DNA from: Macrostomum hystrix
Taxonomy: Eukaryota; Animalia; Platyhelminthes
Length of the DNA: 64,000 nt
Assembly (NCBI GenBank): GCA_950097015.1
Contig: CATNEN010000012.1
Span: 2,046,001 to 2,110,000, forward strand
Direction of reading: 5' to 3'
Positions 22,600-33,525 of the stretch are shown piece after piece (the first letter of the stretch is position 1; the number at the start of each line of letters is the position of its first letter). The position numbers and the translations under genes are program-made. The notes under the pieces are model-generated. The model did not search any database. It had not been told where the DNA came from and saw only the letters and a program-made list of their open reading frames with translations.

Positions 22600-23218
22600 C
22601 TAAAACTTAAGTTAGCCAATAGGAAGATTATATGGATTGCTAGACTAGCCAGTAGGAAGATTATATGGATTGCTAGACTAGCCAATAGGAAGATTATATG
22701 GATTGCTAGACTAGCCAATAGGAAGATTATATGGATTGCTAGACTAGCCAATAGGAAGATTATATGGATTGCTAGACTAGCCAATAGGAAGATTATATGG
22801 ATTGCTAGACTAGCCGATAGGAAGATTATATGGATTGCTAGACTAGCCAATAGGAAGATTATATGGATTGCTAGACTAGCCAGTAGGAAGATTATATGGA
22901 TTGCTAGACTAGCCAATAGGAAGATTATATGGATTGCTAGACTAGCCAATAGGAAGATTATATGGATTGCTAGACTAGCCAATAGGAAGATTATATGGAT
23001 TGCTAGACTAGCCAATAGGAAGATTATATGGATTGCTAGACTAGCCAATAGGAAGATTATATGGATTGCTAGACTAGCCAATAGGAAGATTATATGGATT
23101 GCTAGACTAGCCATAGGAAAGTGGTTTACATGGATTGCTAGTCTAGCCAATGGAAAGCAATTTAAATGGATTGCTAGTCTAGCCAATTGAAAAAAAATTA
23201 TGGATTGCTAGACTAGCT
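22600..23218. repeat. 33-bp minisatellite (GCTAGACTAGCCAATAGGAAGATTATATGGATT)
   Basis: About 15 near-perfect copies plus degenerate flanks; source of ORF 22527..23186. Confidence 0.97.
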
Positions 23219-23889
23219 ATTAAGAAAATAGTTTTCAACTTCAGATACTTTACTGCTAATTTTGTTCCTCACTAGTTTTATTTATTCTTACATTTGCCGT
23301 TTACTAACAATGACGATCGATGGAAATTTCTCTGAGAAAAAAGCCTGCACTAATAATTTGCATCCTTGGCTCGTACTCGTACATATTTACTTATTAGTAG
23401 AGTGTTAGAGATACATGGCATATTTTAGGTTTTTTCGTGCTACACTTTTATGACTGTCAGAAGAAAAACTGCGGAATGCCTTCAGCTGTTGGAACAGTCG
23501 GGTTCTCGCTAATATCAATAATTTGTGTTCTTTGTTTGTTTACTTTAAATTATGGAGTTTGCAATTCCGTCCAAAGTATGCCTTGCTTTCAACAAATTAG
23601 GGGACACCTGTTGAGTCTGGGTGCTTTCGCTCAAGCCATTTCGTTGTCTTGTTTGCTACTGCGAAGATAAAAGTTTTTATCTTCGCGTGGGTTAAACCTT
23701 ACTCTGTTTAGCGAACGGTATCTAAAACCCAAACTTTAGATAGTGTTTTAGCTACTTTTTTAAAAATAATGTTCACCTTAAGTATTACATTTGCAACTTC
23801 GAGTCGTACATGGAGTTTAAAATAGCTATCATCTTAATTTGAGATGTAAAAATTCATATTTTTTTAAGAACTTTAATTATCGCTTAGAT

Positions 23890-24610
23890 TAGGGATCTTA
23901 AGTTTAGGGACCATAAAGTTTAGGGATCATGAAGTTTAGCGATCGGACGTTTAGCGCCCATGAAGTTTTGGGATCATGAAGTTTAATAATGATAATAATT
24001 GCAGGAGGGCTGCGGGCAGTGGCACATCATTTGGTGACACTAGACCTGCAGCCAGCGAGGAGGCAATTCTGCCCATTTCGCTGACTCCTGAGCACACACG
24101 CACACAGATACTGTACGCAGGCATACGCTCACACAGGTGTGTACATCTGCCCTGACTTTCTCATCGTCAGGCAGTGTACACTTCACTGTGCCTTGGAGGT
24201 TGGCCCTCAAGGGCGTAAATTGCACGACAAGCCCCCCAGCCTTCTCTCCGCGGCTGCGCCCCAAATAAATGTGGCCTCGCCGTGGAATCGAACTTAGGCA
24301 CCGTGGTGCGAGAGGCAAACGCGATAACCGCTCTGCCACCGACCCCCCGATCATCAAGTTTAGGGATCATCAAGTTTAGGGATCATCAAGTTTATGGATC
24401 ATCAAGTTTAGGGATCATCAAGTTTAGGGATCAAGAAGTTTAGGGATCATCAAGTTTAAGGATCAAGAAGTTTAGGGATCATCAAGTTTAGGGATCATCA
24501 AGTTTAGGGATCATCAAGTTTAGGGATCATCAAGTTTAGGGATCATCAAGTTTAGGGATCATCAAGTTTAAGGATCATCAAGTTTAGGGATCATCAAGTT
24601 TACGATCATG
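23890..24610. repeat. 16-bp minisatellite (TTTAGGGATCATCAAG), one TTAGGG per unit, interrupted by SINE copy 3
   Basis: Degenerate copies at 23890-23984 and about 16 copies at 24349-24610. Confidence 0.93.
23985..24348 (-). mobile_element. tRNA-derived SINE copy 3, inserted in a 16-bp minisatellite
   Basis: A box TGGCAGAGCGG, B box GTTCGATTCC, (ATT)n tail; flanked by GATCAT(G/C)AAGTTT on both sides. Confidence 0.9.
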
Positions 24611-24899
24611 AACTTCGCATATGGGTATCGGTTTTGAGTTATGATGATAATAACATGATCAAAGCACAGTTAAGTCGAACCCATTCATGTAAAAGCTATA
24701 GATTATTTTCCTCCAACGAAAATTTGTTTGCAGCTTTTTGCTTCAATGGATTTTTGGTTCGGTAGCATCGGTAGTGAATGCAAATAGAGAATGCTCTTTA
24801 CATCTCATTTTTAACCCCTGAGCACCTACTCATCTTCTAACACCGTAACACATAACTCATAAAATCCTTAACACATTAATCTCCGAACCTCTAGCCTCT

Positions 24900-25255
24900 C
24901 CCCTCTCACCCCTAACATGTTAACACTAGCCCTGACCCCTAACCTCTTACCCTTAACCGCTAACCATTAACCCCTGACCCTAACCACTAACCCCTGACCC
25001 TAACCACTAACCCCTGACCCTAACCACTAACCCCTGACCCTAACCACTAACCCCTGACCCTAACCACTAACCACTAACCCCTGACCCTAACCACTAACCC
25101 CTGACCCTAACCACTAACCCCTGACCCTAACCACTAACCCCTGACCCCTAACCCCCTAACCTGACCCATCACTAACCTGACCCACCCTGACCCTAGGGAC
25201 ACCTAACCTCTAACCCCTAACCCTAACCCCTGACCCATAACCTCTTACCCCTAGT
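24900..25255. repeat. Degenerate telomere-like C-rich array (CCCTAA variants; 20-bp CTAACCACTAACCCCTGACC core)
   Basis: CCCTAA, CACTAA and CCCTGA hexamer variants. Confidence 0.9.
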
Positions 25256-25576
25256 GAGAGTTCAATGCGAGCACAGAACTGCTAAAAGTTTTCTATTTAG
25301 CGCAATTTTTATGAAAAATGGAGTCCTCTAAACTGCAAGAGTTTCATAGTTCAAGCTGCTTGATATTACCTCACAATCAACACAATTAAATCCTTCCAAG
25401 CGTTGGGCTTTGCTAATTTGCATAGGTTAGTTTAGCTCGAAGTATATACACCCTGAGCCAAATAATGTGATCGAATGTTACACTGAATAAGCAGGTCTGG
25501 TTTTGTTAGAATGTAACTGAGCTTGCTGTAACTATGTAATACTCATTAGGAAAACTAATATGTTTATGTGCAATGC

Positions 25577-25577
<1 letters not shown>

Positions 25578-25633
<56 letters not shown>
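25578..25633. repeat. (CTG)18 microsatellite
   Basis: Perfect triplet run. Confidence 0.98.
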
Positions 25634-26716
25634 ATTGCTTGCAAACCTTTGTGGATCAGATTTCGACGAATTAAATATTTAGCTGGCTATAAACTATTAC
25701 AATTTTTTCGCGTGGTTCGCCGAATTCCCGACTTGTTATGTTTCAGAGGCTCTATCGCTAAGTTTTCCATTGGCAAACAAGAACAAAAAAATAGCTATTT
25801 CTTTATTTATTTTTTTATTTTTTCTGAGTTGTTCAAAATTCAAAATTCGTAAAATTTTAGTTTCATTACTTTGAAGAATTGTTTAATTCAAGGACCGTTA
25901 AATTCCGCATTCGTTTAATAACAGATTTCTGGAATTTTAGAATCGTTAAATTTGCAGATTTGTTATGAAAATTCAATTAGTTATTAGAAACCGTTAAGCA
26001 GATTCTATTGTATGTGTGAGTAGTTATAATGCTAATAGGCAACATGCTAATTACCAAGACCAATAATCACAGGTCTGATCCTATAAATTATGCATATAAT
26101 ATAGCTCCTCAGTCGCCTTAGGGCAATTAAATGGAATTCTTTAAGGACAGGGCGGCTTTGTTAATAGGGCCGATACTGCCCTATTAACTGCCGAACACTT
26201 TCGGCAGTGAGCGTGGCAGTGTGTGCCTGTGTGTGTGTGTTTGTCCGTAGCTCAACCAGTTGCCCAGATGCACTTAAATGTCTACAAGATCAACGCGAGA
26301 CACTCTGCCTGTACTGCATGGGAGCGGACTCAGAGGTGGGGACGAGAGCTAGATGGGGCTATAGGTGGTATTTTGAGCACAGTGTGTTATGTTTATTTAG
26401 CCATGCCAACTCATCTCAGTATAGCAGCTGTATATGTGCTTTACACTTCAGAACGGAGAGTATGTGAGCTTCACGTTAGATTTTTTTGACGCCCCACAGT
26501 ATGTGCGTCCAGATAGATGCATCTTAATTAATGCGATTGAGTATCTAACTAAACTAACATAGGCCCTGTTATTCATTGCCACTCGTTTGGGTAAACTTTC
26601 TTATATGTAGGAAAGTCTAGAAACTTTAAACTAGGGGTCGAAAAACTCTGCTCCGCCCACCTGATAAGGCCGGGAAAGCTACTGTGGAGCCCTCTGGCAC
26701 CTTCCAGCACCTCCGC

Positions 26717-27316
26717 TGTCTCCCGCGTCTCATCTCTACCCTGTCTCATCTCTCCCGCGTCTCATCTCTACCCTGTCTCATCTCTCCCGCGTCTCATCTC
26801 TACCCTGTCTCATCTCTCCCGCGTCTCATCTCTACCCTGTCTCATCTCTCCCGCGTCTCATCTCTACCCTGTCTCATCTCTCCCGCGTCTCATCTCTACC
26901 CTGTCTCATCTCTCCCGCGTCTCATCTCTACCCTGTCTCATCTCTCCCGCGTCTCATCTCTACCCTGTCTCATCTCTCCCGCGTCTCATCTCTACCCTGT
27001 CTCATCTCTCCCGCGTCTCATCTCTACCCTGTCTCATCTCTCCCGCGTCTCATCTCTACCCTGTCTCATCTCTCCCGCGTCTCATCTCTACCCTGTCTCA
27101 TCTCTCCCCTATCTCATCTCTCCCGCGTCTCATCTCTACCCTGTCTCATCTCTCTCGCGTCTCATCTCTCCCGCGTCTCATCTCTCCCCTATCTCATCTC
27201 TCCCGCGTCTCATCTCTCCCGCGTCTCATCTCTGCCGTGTCTTATCTCTCCCAAGTCTGATCTCTACCCTGTCTCATCTCTCCTCTGTCTCATCTCTACC
27301 CTGTCTCATCTCTCCC
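26717..27316. repeat. 16/32-bp pyrimidine-rich minisatellite (CTCATCTCTACCCTGT CTCATCTCTCCCGCGT)
   Basis: Alternating 16-mers, about 37 subunits; source of ORF 26684..27358. Confidence 0.96.
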
Positions 27317-28183
27317 CTGTCAATAACCTGTGAACAAAGTACCGCTTGTTCTTTGTAAATGTACTTTTATTTGAATGAATGGTTTTAAAATGTTGCTTGT
27401 TGACGCCGTTGTGTGCCTGGTGGTATATTCGCCGTAATGTGGAATTCAGTGGTTAACCTAACCTATATGTGCTTCTATCTCTATGTGTTTATGCTAAGTT
27501 TGCATTTTTACGCTCTTAATAATGCACTTTCTTTGTTCCTAAGCCGAGACGGCAACGGAAGCTATTTTTCGCGTTCAGTTGCTAAGGGAGGAGGAAAGAA
27601 AGGTCTTATAGAAAGCTGGAGGATGATTAGATGGTCTTGGACTAAAAGCGAGGCACGTACAGCACACAGTGGCTAGAAATGTATGAGGGATATCTCTCCG
27701 CTTCTTCATCCTCTACCAAATATATATATTTCCCCACTGACATCCAGGCTGCCCCTCACTGAGTGACCAGATCCCAGATACTCGGTTCTTCGTCCCTCTT
27801 GAACGGATGAAGTACTTTACGCTGATTTTGATGTTCGCCCAACAGCACAACACGCCGCGAGGTTGTGCAGTGTTTAGGCCAGAATTGGAACAAAACGGTG
27901 CACTTTAGCCTTATAGCACATTATCCACGTACAGTATCCCCGTGTCTTCCCTAGAAGCGATCAAACTTAATCAACACAGCAATAGTAACAGATCACATTT
28001 TCTTCTTCATCTCCCAAATATTCAACAAATATTTGGAAAATATTTGAAAATATTTTCCACATGAAAAATCCAGAAAACGGGCTAGAATATTCCGCTCCAT
28101 GAGGTGAAACAACTTCTAGAACAAAAAACATCAGCATTACTCCTGACATTCGATTTTCGTCGAATATTCCGCTTCATGCGATG

Positions 28184-28234
28184 AGGGTTAGGGTTAGGGT
28201 TAGGGTTAGGGTTAGGGTTAGGCTATGGTTAGGG
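28184..28234 (+). repeat. Interstitial telomeric tract (TTAGGG)5 plus variants
   Basis: AGGG(TTAGGG)5TTAGGCTATGGTTAGGG. Confidence 0.92.
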
Positions 28235-29204
28235 CAAAAACCACCAATTTTTTCTGCTCACAAAATGTCATGATGTAACCATGTCAGCTATTATGATCGA
28301 TTATATATTATACTTATATTAAACTTATCTTCTTACTATATTCTTGAATCAATATTGATTTAGGTTTTGGTTTCGAGGTCAATAGTGTTTTTGACAAGTT
28401 TTCGAATATCTCGTCTCGGACGGCTTTGAAAGTAAGTTCATTGTAAAGGGCTGAAAAAGTTTAAAACAAATGGTTGACTTTCAGGACAATTTGTCATTCG
28501 GTTTGGGAGCTATTGTGAAGTAGGCAGTGGGTATTTGAAATACCCCGTGGTCTCTTCCCAAGGGGGATAATAGCGTGGTGTTCCAGCTGTTTATTTATGC
28601 CTGTCTCAAGGCAATATTGACCCAGATTTTGTCAGTTGAACCAGATTTGGACAGCCAGCTCCTCAACCAACTCTTGAGTCAACATCTGAGTTCTGCTGAT
28701 GAAGCTCAAACAGATAAATGAACGTTGAGTTTTATCCCGCTTATCACAACTCGACAGCTGCCAATCTGCAAGGAGCTCAGCAGTATAGCATAGCGTTATG
28801 AATTATGAACTATTAAGTACAGATTTGCTCAAATCTTAAAAAATGGAATTTATAGTATAACATATGGCCGGACTCGATTTTTGTTAATTTCAGCAGGCAG
28901 ATTAACTAGGAATAAAATTACATTCTAGCAAGTAAGATTCATTATTACCTAAATGGGACATTTTCCAGCTGCCTCATCAATAATTTGCATCCAAATAAGT
29001 GTGACTCATCAGTTTATAGTATTAGGATAGGCAGAAAGAGTCCTGAGTATAGGCTCATTAAAATTAGTTTGAGCTGCTCTCAAAATCCTCTAAACATGTG
29101 CATGCATATGGCAACCAGCTAAAGTCTTCGTGGAGCCGTGGCGAAGCCGGGATATTTTTGAGAGGGCCGTCACCTAGTGTTTTTCGTTGGGAATAACTTT
29201 CATT

Positions 29205-31835
29205 CGGGGGACTGCCTTGGGATTGTGGGTGGATAGCCTTGGATTTGTGGGTGGACTGCATTGGATTTGTGGGTGGATAGCCTTGGATTTGTGGGTGGAT
29301 TGCCTTGGATTTGTGGGTGGATAGCCTTGGGTTTGTGGGTGAATTGCCTTGGATTTGTGGGTGGACTGCCTTGGATTTGTGGGTGGATTGCCTTGGATTT
29401 GTGGGTGGATTGCCTTGGATTTGTGGGTGGATTGCCTTGGATTTGTGGGTGGACTGCATTGGATTTGTGGGTGGATTGCCTTGGATTTGTGGGTGGATAG
29501 CCTTGGATTTGTGGGTGGATAGCCTTGGGTTTGTGGGTAAATTGCCTTGGATTTGTGGGTGGATAGCCTTGGATTTGTGGGTGGATTGCCTTGGATTTGT
29601 GGGTGGACTGCATTGGATTTGTGGGTGGATAGCCTTGGATTTGTGGGTGGATAGCCTTGGATTTGTGGGTGGATAGCCTTGGGTTTGTGGGTGAATTGCC
29701 TTGGATTTGTGGGTGGACTGCATTGGATTTGTGGGTGGATAGCCTTGGATTTGTGGGTGGATAGCCTTGGATTTGTGGGTGGATAGCCTTGGGTTTGTGG
29801 GTGAATTGCCTTGGATTTGTGGGTGGACTGCCTTGGATTTGTGGGTGGATTGCCTTGGATTTGTGGGTGGATTGCCTTGGATTTGTGGGTGGATTGCCTT
29901 GGATTTGTGGGTGGACTGCATTGGATTTGTGGGTGGATTGCCTTGGATTTGTGGGTGGATAGCCTTGGATTTGTGGGTGGATAGCCTTGGGTTTGTGGGT
30001 GAATTGCCTTGGATTTGTGGGTGGATAGCCTTGGATTTGTGGGTGGATTGCCTTGGATTTGTGGGTGGATAGCCTTGGATTTGTGGGTGGACTGCATTGG
30101 ATTTGTGGGTAGATAGCCTTGGATTTGTGGGTGGACTGCATTGGATTTGTGGGTGGATTGCCTTGGATTTGTGCGTGGACTGCTTTGGATTTGTGGGTGA
30201 ATTGCCTTGGATTTGTGGGTGGATTGCCTTGGATTTGTGGGTGGATAGCCTTGGATTTGTGGGTGGATAGCCTTGGATTTGTGGGTGGATAGCCTTGGAT
30301 CTGTGGGTGGATTGCCTTGGATTTGTGGGTGAATAGCCTTGGATTTGTGGGTGGACTGCATTGGATTTGTGGGTGGATAGCCTTGGATTTGTGGGTGGAT
30401 AGCCTTGGATTTGTGGGTGGATTGCCTTGGATTTGTGGGTGGATAGCCTTGGATTTGTGGGTGGATAGCCTTGGATCTGTGGGTGGATAGCCTTGGATTT
30501 GTGGGTGGACTGCATTGGATTTGTGGGTGGATTGCATTGGATTTGTGGGTGGATAGCCTTGGATTTGTGGGTGGATAGCCTTGGATCTGTGGGTGGATTG
30601 CCTTGGATTTGTGGGTGGACTGCATTGGATTTGTGGGTGGACTGCATTGGATTTGTGGGTGGACTGCATTGGATTTGTGGGGATTGCCTTGGATTTGTGG
30701 GTGGATAGCCTTGGATCTGTGGGTGGATAGCCTTGGATTTGTGGGTGGATAGCCTTGGATTTGTGGGTGGATTGCCTTGGATTTGTGGGTGGATAGCCTT
30801 GGATTTGTGGGTGGATTGCATTGGATTTGTGGGTGGATAGCCTTGGATTTGTGGGTGAATAGCCTTGGATTTGTGGGTGGACTGCATTGGATTTGTGGGT
30901 GGATTGCCTTGGATTTGTGGGTGGATAGCCTTGGATTTGTGGGTGGATAGCCTTGGATTTGTGGGTGGATAGCCTTGGGTTTGTGGGTGAATTGCCTTGG
31001 ATTTGTGGGTGGATAGCCTTGGATTTGTGGGTGGATTGCCTTGGATTTGTGGGTGGATAGCCTTGGATTTGTGGGTGAATTGCCTTGGATTTGTGGGTGG
31101 ATAGCCTTGGATTTGTGGGTGGATTGCCTTGGATTTGTGGGTGGATAGCCTTGGATTTGTGGGTGGATAGCCTTGGATTTGTGGGTGGATTGCCTTGGAT
31201 TTGTGGGTGGATAGCCTTGGATTTGTGGATGGACTGCATTGGATTTGTGGGTGGATTGCCTTGGATTTGTGGGTGGACTGCATTGGATTTGTGGGTAGAT
31301 AGCCTTGGATTTGTGGGTGGACTGCATTGGATTTGTGGGTAGATAGCCTTGGATTTGTGGGTGGACTGCATTGGATTTGTGGGTGGATTGCCTTGGATTT
31401 GTGCGTGGACTGCTTTGGATTTGTGGGTGAATTGCCTTGGATTTGTGGGTGGATTGCCTTGGATTTGTGGGTGGATAGCCTTGGATTTGTGGGTGGACTG
31501 CATTGGATTTGTGGGTGGACTGCCTTGGATTTGTAGGTGGATAGCCTTGGATTTGTGGGTGGATTGCCTTGGATTTGTGGGTGGATTGCCTTGGATTTGT
31601 GCGTGGACTGCTTTGGATTTGTGGGTGAATTGCCTTGGATTTGTGGGTGGATTGCCTTGGATTTGTGGGTGGATAGCCTTGGATTTGTGGGTGGATTGCC
31701 TTGGATTTTTTGGTGGATTGCCTTGCATTTGGATTTGTGGGTGGATTGCCTTGGATTTGTGGGTGGACTGCTTTGGATTTGTGGGTGGATAGCCTTGGAT
31801 TTGTGCGTGGACTGCTTTGGATTTGTGGGTGAATT
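29205..31835. repeat. 22-bp satellite (GCCTTGGATTTGTGGGTGGATA/T), about 120 copies
   Basis: Period 22 with several variant classes; source of the overlapping ORFs at 29064-31912. Confidence 0.99.
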
Positions 31836-32612
31836 GCTAGATCAGGGGAGACGCTCCTTCGATACATTTTTTTTCTGCCAAACTGCGTACAACTAATATA
31901 TTGATGTATCAATAATTCGTTCCAGTCTGATCTAGTTTTCTGTCACGCCTGAACTGCATGAATGATTAACTGCATATGCACTAAATAATGTTTATATAAA
32001 AAGATAAGATTATATATCTGGGGATGAGGAACTGTGAAAACAAGATGTGTTGAAAATAACCGAGCGTACTATATTGTTGTCTCATATTCACAATGCGTGT
32101 GCTGCAGCTTGATAACATTTCATATAAGGTAGATTTTTTGGGTGGACCTGTGCACTTCCTTAGTGCTTCGCCCATTAGCTTAAACTAATGTAAATGTAGC
32201 TCGTATATATCGAATTACAACTGGGTTCATTTCCACAGTTTCTACGGTTCTATTAAAAAGTTTTCCGCTTTGAATAACAGTTGTCGCTGTCTGGTCTATA
32301 ATGTATGCAAGTTAGTATAAACGTTGGTTAGTATGCTTTTTATTTGATTAAATTAACGCTTTTGTGACCCACTTTTTGCAAGATTGTGTGGGGCCCTATA
32401 AATGCGGCATAAATCATATTTTGGTACCAGGTCGGAAAGAGACTTATAAAAGCGCGTGCTATCAAGTTTCTGATAAATTGGTAAGAGATGAGAGAGGCAA
32501 TGGACAGGGTAGAGAGGCATTGGTGAGGGGAGTGGGATGAGGAGAAAGAGGAATGAGAGCGGAGACAGGTATTGTGTTAAATATAAATTGCGAGTTACCA
32601 CGAGTTACCACG

Positions 32613-33525
32613 GTGTTAACTGTGGTAGGTTGCAGTGATAACTGTGGTAGGTTGCAGTGGTAACTGGTAGGTTGCAGTGGTAACTGTGGTAGGTTGCAGT
32701 GGTAACTGTGGTAGGTTGCAGTGGTAACTGGTAGGTTGCAGTGGTAACTGTGGTAGGTTGCAGTGGTAACTGTGGTAGGTTGCAGTGGTAACTGTGGTAG
32801 GTTGCAGTGGTAACTGGTAGGTTGCAGTGGTAACTGTGGTAGGTTGCAGTGGTAACTGTGGTAGGTTGCAGTGGTAACTGGTAGGTTGCAGTGGTAACTG
32901 TGGTAGGTTGCAGTGGTAACTGGTAGGTTGCAGTGGTAACTGTGGTAGGTTGCAGTGGTAACTGTGGTAGGTTGCAGTGGTAACTGGTAGGTTGCAGTGG
33001 TAACTGTGGTAGGTTGCAGTGGTAACTGGTAGGTTGCAGTGGTAACTGGTAGGTTGCAGTGGTAACTGTGGTAGGTTGCAGTGGTAACTGTGGTAGGTTG
33101 CAGTGGTAACTGTGGTAGGTTGCAGTGGTAACTGTGGTAGGTTGCAGTGGTAACTGTGGTAGGTTGCAGTGGTAACTGGTAGGTTGCAGTGGTAACTGTG
33201 GTAGGTTGCAGTGGTAACTGTGGTAGGTTGCAGTGGTAACTGGTAGGTTGCAGTGGTAACTGTGGTAGGTTGCAGTGGTAACTGGTAGGTTGCAGTGGTA
33301 ACTGGTAGGTTGCAGTGGTAACTGTGGTAGGTTGCAGTGGTAACTGTGGTAGGTTGCAGTGGTAACTGGTAGGTTGCAGTGGTAACTGTGGTAGGTTGCA
33401 GTGGTAACTGTGGTAGGTTGCAGTGGTAACTGGTAGGTTGCAGTGGTAACTGTGGTAGGTTGCAGTGGTAACTGGTAGGTTGCAGTGGTAACTGTGGTAG
33501 GTTGCAGTGGTAACTGTGGTAGGTA
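32613..33525. repeat. 19/22-bp minisatellite (GTAGGTTGCAGTGGTAACT[GTG])
   Basis: Two unit lengths differing by GTG, about 43 copies. Confidence 0.98.

Noticed and set aside
22527-27358. Hydrophobic LASLAIHIIF ORF and the SHLYPVSSLP ORF
   Set aside because: Translations of the 33-bp and 32-bp arrays.
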